The notes under the pieces were generated by a model. The model saw only the letters and a program-made list of their open reading frames with translations, ran no database searches and was not told the origin of the DNA. A stretch of 64,000 nt of DNA, taken from positions 23,461 to 87,460 of the forward strand of contig CBFIBS010000012.1 in assembly GCA_965660945.1 (NCBI GenBank), given 5' to 3'. Positions within the stretch are counted from its first letter, which is position 1; the number at the start of each line of letters is the position of its first letter. Shown here piece by piece: positions 38,823 through 49,129 of this stretch. This DNA comes from Alphaproteobacteria bacterium (GTDB lineage Bacteria; Pseudomonadota; Alphaproteobacteria; UBA7985). Made by a program: the position numbers and the translations under genes.

Positions 38823-39856
38823 TGGCCAGTCAGCTGCCGAAAAGCCTCGCGAGTTGGAGCCTTATCCGCTCCTTCCTTTCGCTGGCCTATTTTTTGGAGT
38901 ACGGGCCCGCAGCGCGCGAGTTGAACGTCTCTGTGCCCGCACTGAGGCGGCGTATCCAGCGTCTTGAAACGTACTTGGGCTACAGCCTGCTTGTGTATGA
39001 GCGCCGGACCATGAAACTGACAGAGGCCGGCCAGAAAGCTCTCGAAATTGCATTCAACGCCGATCGGCGGATTGCCGCCATCCGAGACAACGAAGACCAG
39101 ATCCGACAGGCATCCCGGCCACCCCTGAGACTGGCGATGGATGAGAATGTACTGACTTACTTCTGGATCCCTTTCTGCGTTCGCCACGCTGCCTTGCTCG
39201 AACGGTACCAGATTTCAGTGCATGTTGATCGGATCCCGGATTTTTCCGGCGGAGCCGACACCGACTGTGCTTTCAGCTTTGGCGACGCGCCGCAGCTGGC
39301 GGCGATTACCGAACCCGTTGGTTCCTTTGGTGTCTACTTTGCCGGCCACGAGGCCTATGTGGCGCTGCACGGCATTCCAACGTTAGATACCTTGGGGGAA
39401 CACACCTTCATTCGCCCGGAGACCGATCTGTTTGAAACGCTGGGTGGTGCCTTGCTTGATGATGTCGAACGTCTGTCTGGCGCGACCATCCGGGTCGATT
39501 CCGTAGGCCTGGCCGACCAAGCGTCCCGGTTGGGTCTGGGCTACTACTTCGGCACGTCTTGGCTGGAGCGCGAGGGCTATGTGCTCTTTCCCGGTTTTCC
39601 GGTCATCCCGATGGTGACCTACGCCTGCATCAGTGAAGAATTTGCGGTGGAACCAGCCAACCGGAAGTTTATCGACACGATGATTGAAGAGGCGAAGCTG
39701 TTCTTCAGGGATCGGGACCCCGAGGAGCAGTTTGTTCCCGTGGCGGTAAAGGTCGGTCTCAAGGCGAGCAAAGAACTCCGGCCACTCAACACGCTGGCAA
39801 GGGTTGGGCCACGGGCAGGACCAAAAAGAGGTGGTAGGGGTCGGGACAAGAATTAG
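38822..39856 (+). CDS. LysR-family-like transcriptional regulator, tandem paralogue
   Basis: The HTH is LysR-like (WSLIRSFLSLAYFLEYGPAARELNVSVPALRRRIQRLETYLGYSLL). The start and the upstream stop overlap (TAATGG). Confidence 0.5.
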   Translation: MASQLPKSLASWSLIRSFLSLAYFLEYGPAARELNVSVPALRRRIQRLETYLGYSLLVYERRTMKLTEAGQKALEIAFNADRRIAAIRDNEDQIRQASRPPLRLAMDENVLTYFWIPFCVRHAALLERYQISVHVDRIPDFSGGADTDCAFSFGDAPQLAAITEPVGSFGVYFAGHEAYVALHGIPTLDTLGEHTFIRPETDLFETLGGALLDDVERLSGATIRVDSVGLADQASRLGLGYYFGTSWLEREGYVLFPGFPVIPMVTYACISEEFAVEPANRKFIDTMIEEAKLFFRDRDPEEQFVPVAVKVGLKASKELRPLNTLARVGPRAGPKRGGRGRDKN

Positions 39857-39927
39857 GCCTATAGACGCCGCGCTCGCTCTCCCGGCCTGTCTGCTTCGAC
39901 TTCAGTCTCCCGGCCCGTCTTCCCGGC

Positions 39928-40935
39928 CTAGCCGCCGGTAACGCTCATGTGTCGGGAAACCGCCGCGGCAGCACCCGGGCCAACCCGGAAATCATGCCCC
40001 TTGGGCTTACGCGCAATGGCCCGATCTATCGCATCGGACAGCGGTTCATCACTCTCGCTCTCCCGCAGAACGGCGCGCAGGTCGGCGCTGTCGTCCTGCC
40101 CCAGACACATGTACAGCATGCCGGTGCAGGTCAGCCGGACCCGGTTACACAGCTCGCAGAAGTTATGGCTTAGCGGGGTGATGAAGCCCAGACGCTGACC
40201 GGTTTCCCCGACGCTGAAATAGCGGGCGGGGCCCGCGCTGCGGAAGGACGTTTCGGCCAGTGTCCAGCGTGCTGAAAGCTGCTCGCGAACGGTTTCCAGT
40301 GACATAAACTGGCCCGCGCGGCCGCTGTCATCAGCGCCGCTGTCGTCCATGATCGTCCCCATGGGCATGACCTCGATGAAGGTCAGGTCAAAGCCTTCAT
40401 CCGCGCACCAGGCCACCATCGTTTCCAGCTCATCATCGTTGATGCCCTTGAGCGCGACCGTGTTGATCTTGATCGCCAGCCCGGCGCTCTTGGCAGCCTG
40501 CAGGCCTTCGAGCACCTGAGGCAGGCGTCCCCAGCGGGTGATATCGGCGAATTTCTGTGGTTTGAGCGTATCCAGCGACACGTTGATCCGGCGCACGCCA
40601 GCCCGGGCGAGGTCCGGCGCGAAGCGGCTGAGCTGGGAGCCGTTGGTGGTCAGGGTCAGCTCGTCGAGCGCGCCCGTCTCGAGATGGCGTCCGAGGCGCT
40701 CGATCAGCCACATGATGTTCTTGCGCACCAGCGGCTCGCCCCCGGTCAGGCGCAGCTTGCGCACGCCCTTGGCGACAAAGGCGCTGCACAGCCGGTCCAT
40801 TTCCTCGAGCGTCAGCAAGTCCTGCTTGGGCAGGAACGTCATGTCTTCGGACATGCAATAGACGCAGCGGAAGTCACAGCGGTCCGTTACGGAAACGCGG
40901 ACGTAGTCGACAGTGCGGCCAAAGGGGTCTCTCAT
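39928..40935 (-). CDS. moaA: GTP 3',8-cyclase (molybdenum cofactor biosynthesis protein A)
   Basis: The radical-SAM CxxxCxxC motif (CDFRCVYCM) and the C-terminal MoaA Cys cluster ([13 protein letters not shown]) are present. Confidence 0.9.
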   Translation of the reverse strand: MRDPFGRTVDYVRVSVTDRCDFRCVYCMSEDMTFLPKQDLLTLEEMDRLCSAFVAKGVRKLRLTGGEPLVRKNIMWLIERLGRHLETGALDELTLTTNGSQLSRFAPDLARAGVRRINVSLDTLKPQKFADITRWGRLPQVLEGLQAAKSAGLAIKINTVALKGINDDELETMVAWCADEGFDLTFIEVMPMGTIMDDSGADDSGRAGQFMSLETVREQLSARWTLAETSFRSAGPARYFSVGETGQRLGFITPLSHNFCELCNRVRLTCTGMLYMCLGQDDSADLRAVLRESESDEPLSDAIDRAIARKPKGHDFRVGPGAAAAVSRHMSVTGG

Positions 40936-41166
40936 GGACCTGATATTGGCGTCTTCGTGCCACAAAGAAAAGCGGTGCTGTGATCATAACCCGGGGAGCC
41001 GCTATGTCCGGCGCGGACGCCTCCACCGACAAAAGCTGTCGTAGTGTCGGGCCCAGCCTCTGCTATCGGGCGGCAGCGAGGCTGGCAGCGACGCCGATAA
41101 CGACGCTGACGCCTGCGCCGACACCGACCGTGATAACGACACCAAGCTGGACCTTTCATCCCGATC

Positions 41167-41925
41167 ATGCGCGCCTTTGAAAACCGATTTTTCCGCTTGG
41201 AACCCGTGAGGCCCGGGCTGTGGCTGCTGGTCGAGAAAACCGTGCGCTCGCTGGTACGTGCCAATGTCTGGGTGATCGAGGGCGAGGATGCGGTGCTGGT
41301 CGTAGACGGCGGCTGGGGGCTTGTTGACTGGCCCTTGGATGAGATCTTTGCTGATCTGGACCGGCCGCTGTGGTCCTTCACCACCCACGCGCACTGCGAC
41401 CATATCGCTCAGGCGTTCCAGTTCACCGGACGCCGGTTCGGGCACGAGCTGTCGGATGCGGTGATGCGGGCGCCTGATCAGGAAAACACCAATGCCCAGC
41501 CTTGGACGCCATACTTGCAGATTTTGGCCGAAGGCTTCGAGGACCTTGGTTTCGTACCAGAGGACTACGGCACGGCCTTTCGTCCGGCGCCGCTGACTGA
41601 TGTGCTGGCGCAGGGTGACACCATCGATCTCGGTGGGCGGCGGCTCGAGGTTCACGAGACGCCCGGGCATTCGTGGCACAGCCTGACGCTGTTCGAGGCC
41701 GAGCAGGGCTGGCTGTTCCCCGGTGACGTCATGATCGCCACCTATATTGTCGACATCCTGCCTGATTCTGACAAAACCGAAGTTCTGCGCACGCATCAAC
41801 GCTTGCTTGAGCTCCCGTTTCAGTGGAGTTTCGGCGGACACGGCGCGCCGCTGGACCGGCGTAAGGCCGAGGGTATTATTGAGCGCTACGCCGAGCGCAA
41901 AGCTGAGGAAGGTTTGCGCGCCTAG
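41167..41925 (+). CDS. MBL-fold metallo-hydrolase
   Basis: The HxHxDH motif reads THAHCDH, and the length is 252 aa. Confidence 0.75.
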   Translation: MRAFENRFFRLEPVRPGLWLLVEKTVRSLVRANVWVIEGEDAVLVVDGGWGLVDWPLDEIFADLDRPLWSFTTHAHCDHIAQAFQFTGRRFGHELSDAVMRAPDQENTNAQPWTPYLQILAEGFEDLGFVPEDYGTAFRPAPLTDVLAQGDTIDLGGRRLEVHETPGHSWHSLTLFEAEQGWLFPGDVMIATYIVDILPDSDKTEVLRTHQRLLELPFQWSFGGHGAPLDRRKAEGIIERYAERKAEEGLRA

Positions 41926-42070
41926 GGTGCTTTCATCGCGGTGACGGCTCGACAATTGCAGACGGGGTTCCAGTTCAGGGCTGTGATCGGAACCGAGACG
42001 CTGTATCAGGCCGGCACGCCATCGAAAGCCAGCACGCAAGCGCCAATGACGACATGAGGGAGAGAAGCGC

Positions 42071-42850
42071 ATGTCAGACTACGAGACTATCATCGCCAGC
42101 CGCGAGGGCCGGGTACAGGTCATCCAGCTCAACCGTCCCAAGGCGCTGAACGCGCTCAATGCCAAGCTGATCGCCGAAGTGCTGGAGGTTTGCCGGTCCG
42201 CGGATGCCGATGAGGGCGTTGGTTGCATCCTGATCAAGGGCTCAGAAAGGGCCTTTGCCGCTGGCGCGGACATCTCGGAGATGGCGGACAAGGACTATGA
42301 CCACATCTACGGCGTCAACCCCTTTGGCGAATGGGATAAGATCGCGGCGACCCGGACGCCGATGATCGCCGCCGTGTCCGGCTTCGCGCTGGGCGGCGGC
42401 TGCGAGCTGGCGATGATGTGCGACATTATCATGGCGTCGACGACGGCCCGCTTTGGTCAGCCGGAAATCAAGCTGGGGATCATCCCCGGCGCTGGTGGCA
42501 CGCAGCGGCTGACCCAGGCGGTGGGCAAGGCCAAGGCCATGGATCTGTGCCTGACCGGGCGGATGATGGACGCAGAAGAGGCTGAGCGCGCGGGGCTGGT
42601 TGCGCGGGTGCTGGAGCCCGAAGCGCTGGACGAGGAAGCGATGAAGGCAGCGGCCACGATAGCCGGTTACTCGAAACTCAGCACCATTGTCGCCAAGGAT
42701 GCGGTGGGACGGGCGCAGGATATGGGCGTCACGGAGGGCGTCCAGGCTGAGCGTCGGCTGTTCGCGGGGTTGTTCGCGACTGAAGATCAGAAAGAAGGCA
42801 TGGCTGCGTTCATGGAAAAGCGTCCTCCGGTGTGGAAGCGCGACCGCTGA
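42071..42850 (+). CDS. Enoyl-CoA hydratase (crotonase family)
   Basis: The crotonase motifs ...AFAAGADISEM... and ...GGGCELAMMCDI... are present, and the length is 259 aa. Confidence 0.85.
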   Translation: MSDYETIIASREGRVQVIQLNRPKALNALNAKLIAEVLEVCRSADADEGVGCILIKGSERAFAAGADISEMADKDYDHIYGVNPFGEWDKIAATRTPMIAAVSGFALGGGCELAMMCDIIMASTTARFGQPEIKLGIIPGAGGTQRLTQAVGKAKAMDLCLTGRMMDAEEAERAGLVARVLEPEALDEEAMKAAATIAGYSKLSTIVAKDAVGRAQDMGVTEGVQAERRLFAGLFATEDQKEGMAAFMEKRPPVWKRDR

Positions 42851-42879
42851 GGCTTTGATCTCGGTTCTGTGGTGGCCAA

Positions 42880-43150
42880 TGGGTGGCGCGCTCGGGCCTT
42901 GGCCGCTTCGCGGCCGTCGGCCCTCCCACGCGCATTTCAACGGACGCGCCGCGCTGCGCGCGCCACGAAGATTTAAGGTTCGCAAAGTCGATGCTGAGGT
43001 GAAAGACGGAGGCGAAGCCGACCGACCGCGCAGCGGGCGAATTGCGCGACGCTTGGCCCCGCCGCGCGAAGCGCGGTCGGGGAAAAGTCGGCGCAACCTT
43101 GCTTCAACGCAGAACTCCAACGCGTTGACAGCGAAGCGTTTTGAGCGAAC
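42880..43150. repeat. Dispersed intergenic GC-rich hairpin repeat, copy C
   Basis: A roughly 55-bp near-identical core (gcgcgacgcttggccccgccgcgcgaagcgcggtcgggga[a/c]aagtcggcgcaac) plus ...gaactccaacgcg... is shared with 19021-19170. It also contains ggccgcttcgcggcc. Confidence 0.7.
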
Positions 43151-43327
43151 GGGTATTGAGTGCGCCGCTCCTGGGTTTTGGGCTGACTTGGCGGGCCTTC
43201 CCTCCCTGCTCGACACACTCTCTGCCGCAGCCTAGGCTTCTCCCTGCCTCGCCAGTCCGCTGGCCAAAAAACTAGTGTAACACCCGGCCAGCTGGCCGGG
43301 CAAAGCCATGGAACAAGACAGCCCACC

Positions 43328-44560
43328 ATGACCCAGCCGCTCCCGTCTGCTCTCAACGATCATTACCGCATCGTGGACGATCCATTCGTCCTGCACCATC
43401 GAATTGGCGGCGCGGGGCAGGGCCCGCTGACCGGGCTGCGGCTTGCGGTCAAGGATCTTTTCGACGTCGAGGGCCTGCCCACGGCTTGCGGAACGCTCGA
43501 CTGGCCGGGCCGCAACCAGCCCGCTGCGCGAACGGCACCAACCGTGCAGGCGCTCCTCGATGCCGGTGCCAGCGTGGTCGGCAAGACCATCACTGACGAG
43601 CTGGCCTGTTCGCTCGTTGGAACCAATCTGCACTACGGCACCCCCCGCAACCCGATCACCCCAGACCGGGTTCCCGGCGGGTCGTCGAGCGGGTCTGCCG
43701 CCGCTGTCGCAGGTGGGCTGGCTGATCTGGGCCTGGGCACGGACACGGGCGGGTCGATCCGCATTCCCAGCCTCTACAATCGTTTGTTTGGGCTGCGGCC
43801 GACCCACGGACGCGTCAGCGTCGAGGGCTGTATGGAACTGTGCGCGCCCTTTGACACGGTCGGGCTGATGACCCGGGAGGCAGACAGCCTTGCCGCTGGG
43901 ATGGCTGTTCTCATGGGTGAAAACACGCCACCTGCGCGGGAGCCCGAGGCAGAAATCCTCATGGCCTCAAGCCTGTTTGCCGGGCTCGAGCCGCGCATGG
44001 CCGAGCTGGCGCAGGCGGCCATCGACCACTTCGGCGCCATGGGCGACCTGTCATCCCTGCCGACAGATTCCGTTCCGGCCCTTTCCACAGCCTGCTACGA
44101 GGCCTACGGCGTGCTGCAGGGGCGCCCGATCTGGCTGGCCCACGGCCCCTGGATCGAGCGCGACCGGCCTCGCCTTGCCCCCGAGATCGAGGCCCGCTTT
44201 CGCCTTGGTGGGACGCGCAGCGCCGAGGACGAGGCCCATCACCGACAGGCCGCTGAAGGCCACCTCCGGCCCATTTCCGAAGCGCTGGAAAGCGGCGCTT
44301 TCATCGTCATGCCCACCGGGCCAACGGCCGCGCCGAGCTTTGCCATGATGCAGGACGCCGGCGCTCTGGAAGAACGCGAGGCCGTGCGTCGTCAACTGCT
44401 CGGGCTGACGGCCATGGCGCCCATCCTCGGGGTGCCGCAAATCCATATTCCCATGCCCGATGAAGACGGCATTCCGCGCGGGGTGTCGGTCATGGGGCCG
44501 CGGGGCAGCGATCTAGCGCTGCTCGGTCTGGCACGCGCGTGGGCAGCAAAACTGCCCTAA
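43328..44560 (+). CDS. Amidase (amidase-signature family)
   Basis: The Gly/Ser-rich amidase signature GGSSSGSAAAVAGG...GTDTGGSIRIPS is present. Confidence 0.85.
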   Translation: MTQPLPSALNDHYRIVDDPFVLHHRIGGAGQGPLTGLRLAVKDLFDVEGLPTACGTLDWPGRNQPAARTAPTVQALLDAGASVVGKTITDELACSLVGTNLHYGTPRNPITPDRVPGGSSSGSAAAVAGGLADLGLGTDTGGSIRIPSLYNRLFGLRPTHGRVSVEGCMELCAPFDTVGLMTREADSLAAGMAVLMGENTPPAREPEAEILMASSLFAGLEPRMAELAQAAIDHFGAMGDLSSLPTDSVPALSTACYEAYGVLQGRPIWLAHGPWIERDRPRLAPEIEARFRLGGTRSAEDEAHHRQAAEGHLRPISEALESGAFIVMPTGPTAAPSFAMMQDAGALEEREAVRRQLLGLTAMAPILGVPQIHIPMPDEDGIPRGVSVMGPRGSDLALLGLARAWAAKLP

Positions 44561-44566
44561 GCCGCG

Positions 44567-45328
44567 CTAAACAGCGCTCAGCCCGCCGTCGATCGGCAAG
44601 GCTTGTCCGTTCATGAAGCTGTTCTCATCCGAACAGGCCCAGATCATCGCCTGCACAATCTCATCGACATCGGCAACCCGGCGCATGGGAACCCGGCTGG
44701 AGACCTTGGCATAGGCTTCTTCCTTGGGCAGGCCCAGATGCCCCACCACGCCATCCATGATCGGCGTGTCGGCAAAGGCCGGGCAGATAGCGTTCACCCG
44801 CAGGCCCTTTCGCGCATACTCGTCGGCCGCCGCGCGGGTCAGACCGACCACGGCGTGCTTGGCGGCGGCGTACGCGCCGAGGAAAGGCGCACCCAGGATG
44901 CCGGCCACCGAACTGGTGTTCAGGATCACGCCGGAACCCGCCTGCAGCATCACCGGGATCTGCGCCTTCATGCCATAGAAGACCCCGTAAGTGTTGACGC
45001 GCAGGGTGAGGTCAAACTCTTCGTGCGTGACCTCGTGCAGGGGCTTGGGCCCATGACCGCCCATGCCGGCGTTGTTGTAAGCGACATCGAGCCCGCCATA
45101 GGCCTCGACCCCGGCAGCAACCAGCGCCTGGCAGTCGGCCTCCTTGCTCACATCGCAGCGCAGCAGCGTCACCGGTCCCGTGCACAGCGCCTTGGTCGCC
45201 TCCAGCCCCGCTTCGTTGATATCTCCCAGCACCAGCCGGGCCCCCAAACCGCTGAGGCGTTCCGCCAGCCGCCGGCCAAAACCGCTGCCAGCACCTGTGA
45301 TCAGAACTGATTTGTTCTCGTAGCCCAT
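44567..45328 (-). CDS. SDR-family oxidoreductase
   Basis: The motif TGAGSGFGRR and an NNAG catalytic region are present. Confidence 0.85.
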   Translation of the reverse strand: MGYENKSVLITGAGSGFGRRLAERLSGLGARLVLGDINEAGLEATKALCTGPVTLLRCDVSKEADCQALVAAGVEAYGGLDVAYNNAGMGGHGPKPLHEVTHEEFDLTLRVNTYGVFYGMKAQIPVMLQAGSGVILNTSSVAGILGAPFLGAYAAAKHAVVGLTRAAADEYARKGLRVNAICPAFADTPIMDGVVGHLGLPKEEAYAKVSSRVPMRRVADVDEIVQAMIWACSDENSFMNGQALPIDGGLSAV

Positions 45329-45407
45329 TTTCGTCTCTTTCGTGATCGATTAGCTATAGGGGTGGGTCGGGGGCCATTCCCCCGACTGAAAAAACAGAGG
45401 AAAGCCC

Positions 45408-46109
45408 GTGTCGCGCACTGCCTTACCCGAGCAACTAGCCGAAGGCTATAACCGTTTCGTCAACCACAGGGCGCCCGCTGAGCAAGCGCTGTATCAGCAA
45501 CTCGGCCAGGGCCAGTCACCCCACACGCTGGTGCTGTCCTGCGCCGACAGTCGTGTTGACCCAGCGACGATTTTCGGGGCGGCGCCAGGCGAGTTGTTCG
45601 TCCTGCGCAACGTCGCCAACCTCGTCCCGTCCTTCGACCGCTACAGCGATAACAGCCAAGAAGGCAGCGAAGTCGGGGGGCAGGGCCCGCTGACCGCCAC
45701 TGCCGCCGGGCTCGAGTTTGCCGTTGGTCACCTTCGGGTGAGCCGCATTCTGGTCATGGGCCACGCACGCTGCGGCGGGGTCGCGGCAGCGCTGCACCAG
45801 TGCAAGCATCCGGAGATCGCCCACGATAAGACCAGTGGGCGTTATTTCATCGACCGCTGGGTCGGGCAGATGACTGGCGATGGCCGCCAGGTGCTGGCCG
45901 ATCATCCCGGGGCCGACGCCGATACGCTGCAGCAGCAACTGGAGTTCCGCAACGTGCGGCAATCCGTGGAGCGGCTGCGGTCCTACCCCTTCATCGCCAG
46001 CGCCGAAGCCGAGGGCCGCTTGAGCCTGCACGGCGGCTGGTTCTCGATTGCTGACGCTGCGCTGTGGTGGATGCTGGACGACGGCAGTTTCGCCGCCGTT
46101 GAGGCCTGA
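45408..46109 (+). CDS. Beta-class carbonic anhydrase
   Basis: The beta-CA zinc ligand motifs SCADSRV and HARCGG are present. The start is probably GTG. Confidence 0.75.
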   Translation: MSRTALPEQLAEGYNRFVNHRAPAEQALYQQLGQGQSPHTLVLSCADSRVDPATIFGAAPGELFVLRNVANLVPSFDRYSDNSQEGSEVGGQGPLTATAAGLEFAVGHLRVSRILVMGHARCGGVAAALHQCKHPEIAHDKTSGRYFIDRWVGQMTGDGRQVLADHPGADADTLQQQLEFRNVRQSVERLRSYPFIASAEAEGRLSLHGGWFSIADAALWWMLDDGSFAAVEA

Positions 46110-46243
46110 ACCCAAAACCTGTAAGCCTGCCAGAGGGCAAAGGACGGTTTGACTGACTTCCGCATACAGCCCCTATAGCCTAGCGCTGCGGACAGTCATC
46201 AGAGAAAACAGGCAACCTAACCCAAACCCGAAAGCAGAACGTC

Positions 46244-47425
46244 ATGGTAGAAAGCGTCGTAATCACCAGCGCAGCCCGCACCGCGATTGGTGCCTTCGGC
46301 GGCACGCTCAAAGACGTGTCAGCGATTGATCTGGGTACCATCGCTGCACGCGCGGCCATTGAGCGTTCAGGGCTGGACGGTGATGCCATCGGCCACAGCG
46401 TCATCGGCAACGTAATCCACGGTGAAGCACGGGATATGTATATCAGCCGGGTGATCTCGGTGAATGCCGGGGTTTCCCGCTTTGCGCCTGCGCTGACCGT
46501 CAACCGGCTCTGCGGGTCCGGGCTGCAGGCGATCGTCTCCGCCGCCCAGACCCTGATGCTTGGGGATTGTGATGCTGTGCTCGCCGGCGGTGCTGAGAGC
46601 ATGTCCAACGGCGGCTATCTCATGCCGCGCCTGCGCTTTGGTGCGCGCATGGGTGAGACGGCCGTGGTCGATATGATGCAGGGCGCGCTCTACGACCCCT
46701 TCGGTCACGGGCTGATGGGCATCACCGCAGAGAACATCGCTGAGCGCTATGGCATCGACCGCGAAGCCCAGGATGCCTTCGCGCTGGAAAGCCAGCGCCG
46801 GGCCGCCGCCGCGATCGACGCAGGTTATTTTGAGGATCAGATCGTGCCGGTGCCGGTCAGCCAGCGCCGCGAAACCCTCGACTTTCTGGTCGACGAGCAC
46901 CCGCGCGCTGTGACGGCTGAGAAGCTCGCGGGGATGCGGCCAGTTTTCAAGCAGAATGGCAGCGTCACGGCGGGCAACGCCTCGGGGATCAATGATGGCG
47001 CGGCCGCCCTGACATTGGTTGCCGAGAGTGCTGTCGGGCGCCTCGGCGTGAAACCACTGGCACGGATTATGGCCTACGGCCACGCCGCTGTGGAGCCTGA
47101 CGAGATGGGCGTTGGCCCTGTTCCGGCGGTCCGGGTCGCCCTCGAGAGGGCGGGGATCAAGGCGTCAGATCTAAGCGTGATCGAAAGCAACGAAGCTTTC
47201 GCAGCTCAAGCATGCTATGTCTCGCGCGAGCTCGATCTGGATCCGGCCAAGGTCAACCCTAACGGCGGGGCCATTGCTCTAGGGCACCCGGTTGGTGCGA
47301 CCGGCGCCATCCTTGCCACAAAGGCAATTTACGAGTTGCAGAGAGTGCAGGGGCGCTATGGCCTGATGACCATGTGCATCGGCGGTGGTCAGGGTATTGC
47401 CGTGGTGATTGAAAATATGCTCTAG
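46244..47425 (+). CDS. Acetyl-CoA C-acyltransferase (thiolase II)
   Basis: The thiolase active-site regions are present (NRLCGSGLQA, C-terminal GGGQGIA), and the length is 393 aa. Confidence 0.9.
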   Translation: MVESVVITSAARTAIGAFGGTLKDVSAIDLGTIAARAAIERSGLDGDAIGHSVIGNVIHGEARDMYISRVISVNAGVSRFAPALTVNRLCGSGLQAIVSAAQTLMLGDCDAVLAGGAESMSNGGYLMPRLRFGARMGETAVVDMMQGALYDPFGHGLMGITAENIAERYGIDREAQDAFALESQRRAAAAIDAGYFEDQIVPVPVSQRRETLDFLVDEHPRAVTAEKLAGMRPVFKQNGSVTAGNASGINDGAAALTLVAESAVGRLGVKPLARIMAYGHAAVEPDEMGVGPVPAVRVALERAGIKASDLSVIESNEAFAAQACYVSRELDLDPAKVNPNGGAIALGHPVGATGAILATKAIYELQRVQGRYGLMTMCIGGGQGIAVVIENML

Positions 47426-47480
47426 GGAGCGGGTAAAACCCTCAATAGTGCTCCTAGGTTCGTGATCGAAAGTTATTATT

Positions 47481-49067
47481 TTGACGGAAAATACGCCAGC
47501 TCGGCCCGAGCTTCAGGCCTCGCCACTGACCCATAGCGACTACGACTTCCACGCACGGCCTGCGGCGTCGCTCCGCAATCTGGCGCTCGTTGCTTTACTC
47601 GGTGGCTTCATTCCGGATGAGCGCCTGCTCTATCCCAGCAGCGATGATGACCTCAGCGTGGTCGATATTGGCGCGGGGCCAGGTTTTGCAGCCAATGCCT
47701 TTGCCTTCATGTACCCCGGCGCTCACTTCAACAGCGTCGATCACAATCCGGAGCTAGCTGCATCGGCTGAAACCCTGAAGTCGTCCTTGGGCAACGAGAA
47801 CGTCACCGTTCATCACGGCAGCCTCGATGATTTCAATCGGGCCCAGACCGGTAAGCAATGGGATGTCGCTCTCAGTCTGGATACTTACGGGCAGATGGTT
47901 TCCGAGGACCGCCCGGGTGTGTTTGACACCTTTGAGCAGGTGAAAGACGGTGGTCTGGTGCTCTTTACCTACAACTGTTCAGTCTTCAATACCCAGTTCG
48001 ATCCTTTCCGCGAGTTCCTCAAGCTGTTCATCGACACTATGGGGCAGGAACCCATCGAACAGACAAAGGGTGCCATGCATCTAATGGATGAGCTGGTGGG
48101 TGAGCAGGCTGGCTATTTCTCTCAAAATCTGATCGCCGACCGCTTTCGCCGCTCGGCCCATGCGGGCGCGCGGAAGGTCTATCAGGAGTTCATGAACATC
48201 GAGTGGGAGCACTACTTCGCCCACGAGATTTTGCCTCTGTTCCTGCGTCGCGGATTCAAACTTTGCGGGGATGCCGCCCACCTTAACAACGCCAAGGCTC
48301 AGGCTTTGCCTGTGTCGATGGTCGAGCGCCTTAACCGCTACCCCAATCGCATCATCAGTGAGACTCTGTACGACTTTTCGGTCAACCGAAGCCATCGTTC
48401 GGACCTTTACATAAAGAATGCGGAGAAGGTCAGCAGCTCCGAAATTATTGATTTCTGGGCGGATGCCCGTCTGGTGCTGAGGGTTAAACACGAACAGCTG
48501 GAAATGAACCGAACCTTCCGCCTGAACGAAGACCTTCGGCTCAACCCGGCCAAGTTCGGGCCGGTTTTCAGCGCGCTGGCCTCTGGCCCCGAAAAATTCG
48601 GCCAGCTACGACGCTTCTTCCCCGACGGCCCTGAAGGTGATGCGGAGATGATCGACATTATCCGGATTGGTCACGCTCTGGGTTACCTCAACCTCTATTA
48701 CGGTGAGGACGTGTTCGAGGATCACGATCAGTCGGTGTTAGACTTCGATGCGGGGCTGACGGCATGGATACGGGAGACCAAAGCACCGGCCTACCAGCTG
48801 TTCCTGCCCTATCTGGGTGAATTCCGCCCGGTTCCGCCAGGCCTCTATGCTTTGGCGGTCAGTGCCCGGGCTGGTGGCGAAAACGACCTCGTCAACCGAG
48901 GAGCGGAGGTGCTGCGCGACATCATGCGCGTGCAGGCGCAGGCCGGGGTTATCGGTGCAGAGAACGCCATCGAAAACGCCGAGGAGATTATCGAAGGCTT
49001 TGTCGAGCGCTTCAATCGCGGGTTGCGTCCAATCCTCGACCGCGGTGGTTACTTCCGCGCCTGGTAG
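47481..49067 (+). CDS. Class I SAM-dependent methyltransferase with a long C-terminal (methyltransferase-regulatory-domain-like) extension
   Basis: The SAM-binding motif I VVDIGAGPGF is present. The total length of 528 aa is much larger than a bare MTase fold. Local GC looks lower than the flanks. Confidence 0.5.
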   Translation: MTENTPARPELQASPLTHSDYDFHARPAASLRNLALVALLGGFIPDERLLYPSSDDDLSVVDIGAGPGFAANAFAFMYPGAHFNSVDHNPELAASAETLKSSLGNENVTVHHGSLDDFNRAQTGKQWDVALSLDTYGQMVSEDRPGVFDTFEQVKDGGLVLFTYNCSVFNTQFDPFREFLKLFIDTMGQEPIEQTKGAMHLMDELVGEQAGYFSQNLIADRFRRSAHAGARKVYQEFMNIEWEHYFAHEILPLFLRRGFKLCGDAAHLNNAKAQALPVSMVERLNRYPNRIISETLYDFSVNRSHRSDLYIKNAEKVSSSEIIDFWADARLVLRVKHEQLEMNRTFRLNEDLRLNPAKFGPVFSALASGPEKFGQLRRFFPDGPEGDAEMIDIIRIGHALGYLNLYYGEDVFEDHDQSVLDFDAGLTAWIRETKAPAYQLFLPYLGEFRPVPPGLYALAVSARAGGENDLVNRGAEVLRDIMRVQAQAGVIGAENAIENAEEIIEGFVERFNRGLRPILDRGGYFRAW

Positions 49068-49129
49068 CCGGTTCCGGGTCTTCGAAGCCGAGGTGTGAAA
49101 GCGCGCGTTTGCAGCTTCCAGCTGGCCCG

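Noticed and set aside
40966-41166. Possible Moco riboswitch upstream of moaA
   Set aside because: I recognise no Moco-motif features. The region overlaps low-complexity repeats (gataacgac x2), and Moco riboswitches are mainly gammaproteobacterial or clostridial.
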